Origin: Candidatus Nanobsidianus stetteri
Lineage (GTDB): Archaea; Nanobdellota; Nanobdellia; Nanobdellales; Nanobdellaceae
Reading direction: 5' to 3'
DNA length: 7,238 bases
Assembly (NCBI GenBank): GCA_000387965.1
Contig: APJZ01000007.1
Span: forward strand, 1 to 7,238
This document shows positions 1 to 4,076 of the stretch, in pieces (positions within the stretch are counted from its first letter, which is position 1; each line of letters opens with the position of its first letter). The translations under genes and the position numbers were made by a program. The notes under the pieces are model-generated. The model worked only from the letters and a program-made list of their open reading frames with translations, was not told the DNA's origin and ran no database searches.

Positions 1-10
1 ATATTATGGA

Positions 11-601
11 ATGAAATGTAATGACAAATATTATATATTTAATATAATTGAATGGAAAGAAAATGGATATTATAAGAAAATTATATATCTAGTGGATTTA
101 AAGGAAGAAGAATTATATAAAATAGAAGCAATATGTAAAGAAATAGAAAAGAGTCCTTCAAAATTTTTTGATAAATTATTTAATAAATTTGATAATAGAG
201 ATAAATATAAGGATAAGATAGATTATGATTTTCCATTTTTATCTTTATTAAGGAAAAATAAGTCAAATTATGAATATATTATCATTATTAATATAAACAG
301 CAATGAAATATATAAACCAAATATATATAAATTTTTATTAGAAAGGATTTCTATGGAGATGTCTTCTTATCTATCTAAAAATTCTTATATTACTACAATA
401 ATAAAGATCTATAAAAATGGTAAATTTTTAAGAGACTTTCTAATATTTTATAACGATAGAATAAATAAATATGAAATTTTAGAAAATATAGATGGAAAAA
501 TAATATCTGAACATATGGAATATAATATAAGAGAATTATTTGAAGAAATATTTGAAAGAATTAAAAATGTCTCTAGATCCAAAATCTCTATCTATTTGTG
601 A
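11..601 (+). CDS. Hypothetical protein (orphan, 196 aa from the ATG at 11; 5' end possibly upstream of window)
   Basis: An uninterrupted 591-nt ORF in a genome where AT-rich stop codons are frequent by chance. Its K/I/N/Y/E-rich composition matches the other cytoplasmic proteins here. I recognise no motif. The in-frame codons at 2-10 (tat tat gga) contain no stop, so the start is uncertain. It ends at TGA 599-601, overlapping the convergent ORF 536..913 by 66 nt. Confidence 0.55.
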   Translation: MKCNDKYYIFNIIEWKENGYYKKIIYLVDLKEEELYKIEAICKEIEKSPSKFFDKLFNKFDNRDKYKDKIDYDFPFLSLLRKNKSNYEYIIIININSNEIYKPNIYKFLLERISMEMSSYLSKNSYITTIIKIYKNGKFLRDFLIFYNDRINKYEILENIDGKIISEHMEYNIRELFEEIFERIKNVSRSKISIYL

Positions 602-913
602 TCCCAAAGATGATCCTGGTTTTCCACCTTCTCCACCTAAATGACTAAAGTATATTTCATGATTAATCATTCCCCCAAATGCTCTAGTCCATTCAACTTT
701 TAATTCTCTTATCAATGAATATGTTACATTTGCTGCGTTATAATCCTCATCTGTCAAATTATTTAGCTTTTGTGTTATTTCATTAAATTTCTTTACATAT
801 CCTTCATATATCTTCAAATGTTCTTCTACTGTTTTTGCTGAAATACCTTTCATTTTAAACAATTGTGGCCTCTCTTTCTTAAAATCTATTGGTTTTCTTT
901 CTGAATATTCCAT
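536..913 (-). CDS. Fe/Mn superoxide dismutase-like protein, N-terminal alpha-hairpin domain only (truncated: split gene, domain-loss relic or pseudogene)
   Basis: By-eye alignment to the Fe/Mn SOD N-domain: ISAKTVEEHLKIYEGYV ~ ISAETIEYHYGKHHQTYV; MINHEIYFSHLGGEGGKP ~ VWNHTFYWNCLAPNAGGEP; SQIDRDFGSRDIFNSF ~ EAIAASFGSFADFKAQF. The ORF stops (TAA 536-538) right at the interdomain boundary. The C-domain signatures (GSGWxWL, DxWEHAYY) are absent. Confidence 0.6.
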   Translation of the reverse strand: MEYSERKPIDFKKERPQLFKMKGISAKTVEEHLKIYEGYVKKFNEITQKLNNLTDEDYNAANVTYSLIRELKVEWTRAFGGMINHEIYFSHLGGEGGKPGSSLGSQIDRDFGSRDIFNSFKYFFK

Positions 914-933
914 TAGTATATATTATAACAATG

Positions 934-944
934 TTTTATAAAAA
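934..944 (-). promoter_or_regulatory. TATA-box-like element upstream of the SOD-like ORF (leaderless-type spacing)
   Basis: The minus strand reads TTTTTATAAAA, centred about 25 nt upstream of the ATG at 913. There is no purine-rich Shine-Dalgarno between it and the ATG. TATA-like strings are common in DNA this AT-rich. Confidence 0.35.
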
Positions 945-955
945 TTAATAAAATC

Positions 956-961
956 AAAAAA
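956..961 (-). terminator. Oligo-T tract (T6 on minus strand) just downstream of the histone stop codon
   Basis: The minus strand reads TAA-AAGTATA-TTTTTT. Archaeal RNA polymerase terminates at oligo-T runs. This is weak evidence in AT-rich DNA. Confidence 0.3.
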
Positions 962-968
962 TATACTT

Positions 969-1196
969 TTATAGGCCTCTAAGTTCCCTAATTGCTAACC
1001 TTATATCATCTTCATGTACAGTTTTCCTTCCTGCGTGTTTTGCTAATTCTACTGCTCTTGCTGATATTGCTTCTGCTACTTGCAATACTGATTCTACCAT
1101 TGCTAATTTTGCATCTTGTCCTACCCTTGATGCACCGGCCTTTCTTAATATTCTATATAGTGGTGCCACTGGAATTGGTGTTGTTCTCTTTGCCAT
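969..1196 (-). CDS. Archaeal histone (HMf/HMfB family, histone-fold DNA-binding protein)
   Basis: The 75-aa product aligns along its whole length to HMfB: IPVAPLYRILRKAGASRVGQDA ~ [22 protein letters not shown], and AKHAGRKTVHEDDIRLAI ~ ARHAGRKTIKAEDIELAV. It has a short basic N-terminal extension, MAKRTT. The gene is visibly more GC-rich than its surroundings. Confidence 0.95.
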   Translation of the reverse strand: MAKRTTPIPVAPLYRILRKAGASRVGQDAKLAMVESVLQVAEAISARAVELAKHAGRKTVHEDDIRLAIRELRGL

Positions 1197-1216
1197 AATA
1201 ATATTATTGACTAACT

Positions 1217-1226
1217 AATATAAAAA
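1217..1226 (-). promoter_or_regulatory. TATA-box-like element upstream of the histone gene (leaderless-type spacing)
   Basis: The minus strand reads TTTTTATATT, centred about 25 nt upstream of the ATG at 1196. There is no SD-like sequence in between. Confidence 0.4.
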
Positions 1227-1234
1227 TCTTTTGT

Positions 1235-1250
1235 TTTAACATTTGTTAAA
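1235..1250. promoter_or_regulatory. Perfect 7-bp inverted repeat (TTTAACA-TT-TGTTAAA) between the map stop and the histone TATA box
   Basis: Read directly from the sequence. It lies about 40-55 nt upstream of the histone ATG and about 40 nt downstream of the map stop. It could be a regulator site, a terminator hairpin or a chance occurrence. Confidence 0.2.
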
Positions 1251-1289
1251 GTCAATTTAACAAGACCATAATATAATATCCCTTAAATT

Positions 1290-2171
1290 TTAATCCATCA
1301 TGTCATAAACTCTATCATAAATATAGAAAGTTGTTTCAAATTGAGATACTATCCCATTGGATTGTTCTACTAATATTGGGTACTCATAGATATTTCCATT
1401 CTTTTTTAGATATTCTATAAACAATTTTAGATTTATTTTATTATTATAATCCTTATATAACCATCTATATGCAAAAGGAAGAGTTTTATATTTATTATAT
1501 ATTTCTTGGAAGAATTTCTTAACATTTGGATCTCTAATTGGTTTATCAGAAATTATTGAATATATTCCAGATGGTTTACCTTCCTTTACAAACCCTATAC
1601 CATTTGTAGCAAATGGCTCAATTGCATATATTCCTTCATTTAATTTTATTTTTGATTTATTATCATAATTTGGTATTGTAATTTTAGAATGTAAAATATA
1701 TTGTTCTATTTTATGACCAGATAAATTATATATTGGATTATAATTATAGGATTTTATTGTATTTTCTATTACCTTTCCAATTTCAGATATTTCTATATCT
1801 TTTTTTATTATTTTTTTAACATTTTCTAATGCATTTCTGGAAGCCTCAATTAAATCTTTATATTTATTATCATTTATTTCTACTGTAAATGCAGTATCGA
1901 TACAATATCCATTAACCTGTGCACCAAAATCAAACTTTACAACATCTCCATCTTTTAATATTGTATTATCATTTATTGTTGGCGTATAATGTGCTGCTAT
2001 ATTATTTATAGATATATTCACTGGAAATGATGGAAAACCTCCTAAATCTATTATTTTTTGTTCGATTGTTTCTGCAATATTATATATACTTTCTCCAGGT
2101 TTCAATAATTTCTCAGCCTCTCTTTTTACTTTTTTTGTAATTTCAGAAGCTTTTTTTAAATCTTCAAGCAT
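1290..2171 (-). CDS. map: Methionine aminopeptidase, type 2 (archaeal/eukaryotic-type MetAP)
   Basis: A 293-aa pita-bread-fold signature: AAHYTP...GDVVKFDFGAQVNGYCIDTAFTV (two Asp ligands), SGHKIEQY (His), YAIEPFAT (Glu), VSQFETTF (Glu). All five canonical metal ligands of type-2 MetAP appear present. The length is typical of archaeal MetAP. Confidence 0.93.
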   Translation of the reverse strand: MLEDLKKASEITKKVKREAEKLLKPGESIYNIAETIEQKIIDLGGFPSFPVNISINNIAAHYTPTINDNTILKDGDVVKFDFGAQVNGYCIDTAFTVEINDNKYKDLIEASRNALENVKKIIKKDIEISEIGKVIENTIKSYNYNPIYNLSGHKIEQYILHSKITIPNYDNKSKIKLNEGIYAIEPFATNGIGFVKEGKPSGIYSIISDKPIRDPNVKKFFQEIYNKYKTLPFAYRWLYKDYNNKINLKLFIEYLKKNGNIYEYPILVEQSNGIVSQFETTFYIYDRVYDMMD

Positions 2172-2487
2172 TTTTTATTTTCTTTATAGATGTTTCTTTC
2201 TCTAATAAATCCAGGAAATCTTTATTTACATCATCAACATTTATTGAATACATTTCAATTATATTATCTTTATATATCTCTTTTATTAATTCTTCTATTT
2301 TATCAAATAATTCTTCCCTTGTCTTTATTATTAATAATTCTCTATCTTCCTCTTTAATATTATCTTTTTCTAAATATAATGCTTCAACTTTCTTTATATC
2401 TATTGATATTGCATATTTTCTTTCCAATATTCTTCTAGAAATATTTATTCCATCTCCATTTTTTACTGATAGAAATATTACGATCAT
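2164..2487 (-). CDS. Hypothetical small protein (107 aa; hydrophobic/beta N-terminus, acidic helical C-terminal half)
   Basis: The ORF is intact in an AT-rich context. Its stop TGA (2164-2166) overlaps the map start ATG (2169-2171) as ATGCTTGA, an 8-nt overlap typical of translational coupling. I recognise no motif. Confidence 0.55.
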   Translation of the reverse strand: MIVIFLSVKNGDGINISRRILERKYAISIDIKKVEALYLEKDNIKEEDRELLIIKTREELFDKIEELIKEIYKDNIIEMYSINVDDVNKDFLDLLEKETSIKKIKNA

Positions 2488-2517
2488 AACAATATTATTA
2501 TAGAAATATTGAAAACA

Positions 2518-3282
2518 TTATATTTCAATGATATCTTCAATATATTTATATAATTCTTTCCAATCCAGGTAAACCTTCTTTAATGTTAAATATTTTGGAT
2601 CTGAAGGAAATGGTTTTGGTTCTAGATTATATATAAAAACTTTTTCAATTAAATCCAGAGGAAATAAATTATAACCTATAGAGATTAAAAATGTTATAAT
2701 TCTTCTTATCATTTCGTATAAAAACCTATTTCCTTCGATATAATTTATATAAAAATCTTTATCTTCAATTATTTCAAATTTTGTTATATTGCATATTGGA
2801 TCTCTTAGTTTACCTTTTGCAAAATTATGAAAACTCTTTATTCCTACAAAATACTTTGATGCTTCTATATATTTATTTATATCAAATTCTTTTTCTTCAG
2901 ATTTTATTAATATTTTTTCATTATTTATTAAATATTTTGGTATATATTTTTTCTCAAACAATTTTTTTGGTAATTTATATTCATATAATTTACCTCTAGA
3001 AAATTTTCTAATATTAATAAATTCTTTCAATTTATATACATTTAATATTTTTATGTCATTATTTTGAAAATTCGAAAAATCAATATTTTTATCTGAAGAT
3101 ATAACAATATAATTTTCCTCTGCATTTACTCCTTTATCTGTTCTTGAAACAATCGACAATTTAAATTCTTTTATATCAAAATAATTTAAAATTTCTCCTG
3201 AAATTGTTTTTACATTTTTTTGATATGCAATTCCATGATAATTCTCTCCATTATATTTTATTCTTAATAAATAATTATGCAT
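2518..3282 (-). CDS. truA: tRNA pseudouridine synthase A family (TruA/Pus1-like)
   Basis: The N-terminal LLRIKYNGENYHGIAYQKNVKTISGEIL matches the TruA l.i.YdG..y.G.Q.Q....Ti.geL pattern. The catalytic loop SRTDKGVNA corresponds to GRTDAGVHA, with the catalytic Asp retained. Later FHNF and RFLYEMIRRI motifs (~F..MVR.I) are present. At 254 aa it is compact. Confidence 0.85.
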   Translation of the reverse strand: MHNYLLRIKYNGENYHGIAYQKNVKTISGEILNYFDIKEFKLSIVSRTDKGVNAEENYIVISSDKNIDFSNFQNNDIKILNVYKLKEFINIRKFSRGKLYEYKLPKKLFEKKYIPKYLINNEKILIKSEEKEFDINKYIEASKYFVGIKSFHNFAKGKLRDPICNITKFEIIEDKDFYINYIEGNRFLYEMIRRIITFLISIGYNLFPLDLIEKVFIYNLEPKPFPSDPKYLTLKKVYLDWKELYKYIEDIIEI

Positions 3283-3346
3283 TTTTTATTAATTCTTAAA
3301 TTGTTTAGCATTTTCATACATCATTGAATTATTAAACATTACATAA

Positions 3347-4003
3347 CTATCTTTTATTATATTTTAATACTTTTTCCTTTATTTCATTTAATTCTTCCTT
3401 TGAATAGTCATAATTGTATATTAATTTATTTCCTTCATGTAATCCATGTAATCTATAATATTTTATATCTGAATCATATACTGGTTCCTCAACATTTATA
3501 TCTACAATATCTATTAAATCAAATTCTTTACATATCTTTTCCCTATTTTCTTTACTCCATCCCCTCAATTCTATTGCTATTTTATATTTTTTACCAATCG
3601 AATTAAAGAAATTATATGCATTTTCAATATTTTCTGTTGTATCTTTAAATGAATTTGGTAATTGAATAATAATTATATTTGCTCTCAATATATTCGCAAT
3701 TTCTTCTTGTTTTTCCCAAAATTCAAATACTTCCTTTGTATTTCTTAAATATCCAACTTTTCCCTTTAATTCTTTATAATCTTTTATTTTTGATTTTCTC
3801 CATGTAAAAGAATTTACATCATGTGTAATACCTTGGAATGCCTTAAATGTAAATTCAAAATTTTCAGGTGCTTCATTTCTTATTTTTCTAACCCATTCAA
3901 TATCTGGTATTGAATAAAAAGTACTATTTATTTCTATTACATTAAATTCTTCATAATATTTTTTCCTTGATATAGGAAATCCACAGGTTCCTACTTTTAT
4001 CAT
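3347..4003 (-). CDS. DUF72 (YecE/UPF0759) family protein
   Basis: The motif series matches DUF72: IKVGTCGF (~IriGTsGW), YYEEFNVIEINSTFYSIP (~YaerFntVEvNstFYrlP), PENFEFTFKAFQGITH (~PegFrFsvK...iTH), IIIQLPNSF (~lLlQlPPsF), IAIELRGWS (~lavEfRh.sW), YYRLHG (~yvRlHG). It ends with TAG. Confidence 0.88.
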   Translation of the reverse strand: MIKVGTCGFPISRKKYYEEFNVIEINSTFYSIPDIEWVRKIRNEAPENFEFTFKAFQGITHDVNSFTWRKSKIKDYKELKGKVGYLRNTKEVFEFWEKQEEIANILRANIIIIQLPNSFKDTTENIENAYNFFNSIGKKYKIAIELRGWSKENREKICKEFDLIDIVDINVEEPVYDSDIKYYRLHGLHEGNKLIYNYDYSKEELNEIKEKVLKYNKR

Positions 4004-4019
4004 AAAAATATATTATACC

Positions 4020-4046
4020 ATATACATAAAATTTCTATTTATATAC
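4020..4046 (-). promoter_or_regulatory. Promoter region of the DUF72 gene (two alternative TATA-like candidates)
   Basis: The minus strand has TTTATGTA centred about 23 nt upstream of the ATG at 4003, and TATATAAA centred about 38 nt upstream. I cannot discriminate between them. Confidence 0.25.
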
Positions 4047-4071
4047 AAAAATTATAATAAAATACCAAAAA
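4047..4071 (-). terminator. Two T5 tracts downstream of the large surface-protein gene
   Basis: The minus strand reads TAA-ATAGG-TTTTT-GGTATTTTATTATAA-TTTTT-G, starting immediately after the stop at 4077-4079. Confidence 0.3.
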
Positions 4072-4076
4072 CCTAT

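Noticed and set aside
421-540. The SOD-like gene as a simple frameshift pseudogene whose C-terminal domain continues in another frame
   Set aside because: I translated all three minus-strand frames downstream of the stop. None shows GSGWxWL or DxWEHAYY-like sequence, and the region is occupied by the intact + strand ORF.
969-1196. The GC-rich histone gene as a horizontally acquired island
   Set aside because: The elevated GC is explained by the constrained A/R/G/V-rich histone-fold sequence. The flanks show no integration scars, repeats or mobility genes.
992-1198. 68-aa Leu-rich + strand ORF
   Set aside because: It is entirely antisense to the confidently identified histone gene. Its low-complexity Leu/Ile runs are the complement of the histone's Ala/Arg/Lys/Glu codons. 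It has no start context of its own.
1197-1289. tRNA, split-tRNA half or other structured ncRNA in the intergenic spacers (914-968, 1197-1289, 2488-2517, 3283-3346, 4004-4076)
   Set aside because: All spacers are short and uniformly AT-rich. In a genome this AT-rich, structured RNAs would appear as GC-rich islands, and none is present outside coding sequence.
3317-3325. C-box-like AATGATGTA (minus strand) in the truA-DUF72 spacer, a possible C/D box sRNA
   Set aside because: It has one mismatch to RUGAUGA, there is no CUGA D box at an appropriate distance, and the 64-nt spacer must also hold the truA promoter. It is most likely a chance match.
2781-3606. + strand ORFs 2781..2999 (72 aa) and 3400..3606 (68 aa)
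   Set aside because: They are antisense to truA and to the DUF72 gene respectively. Their L/I/Y/F-rich low-complexity translations are typical of the reverse strand of K/N/I/E-rich AT-rich genes.
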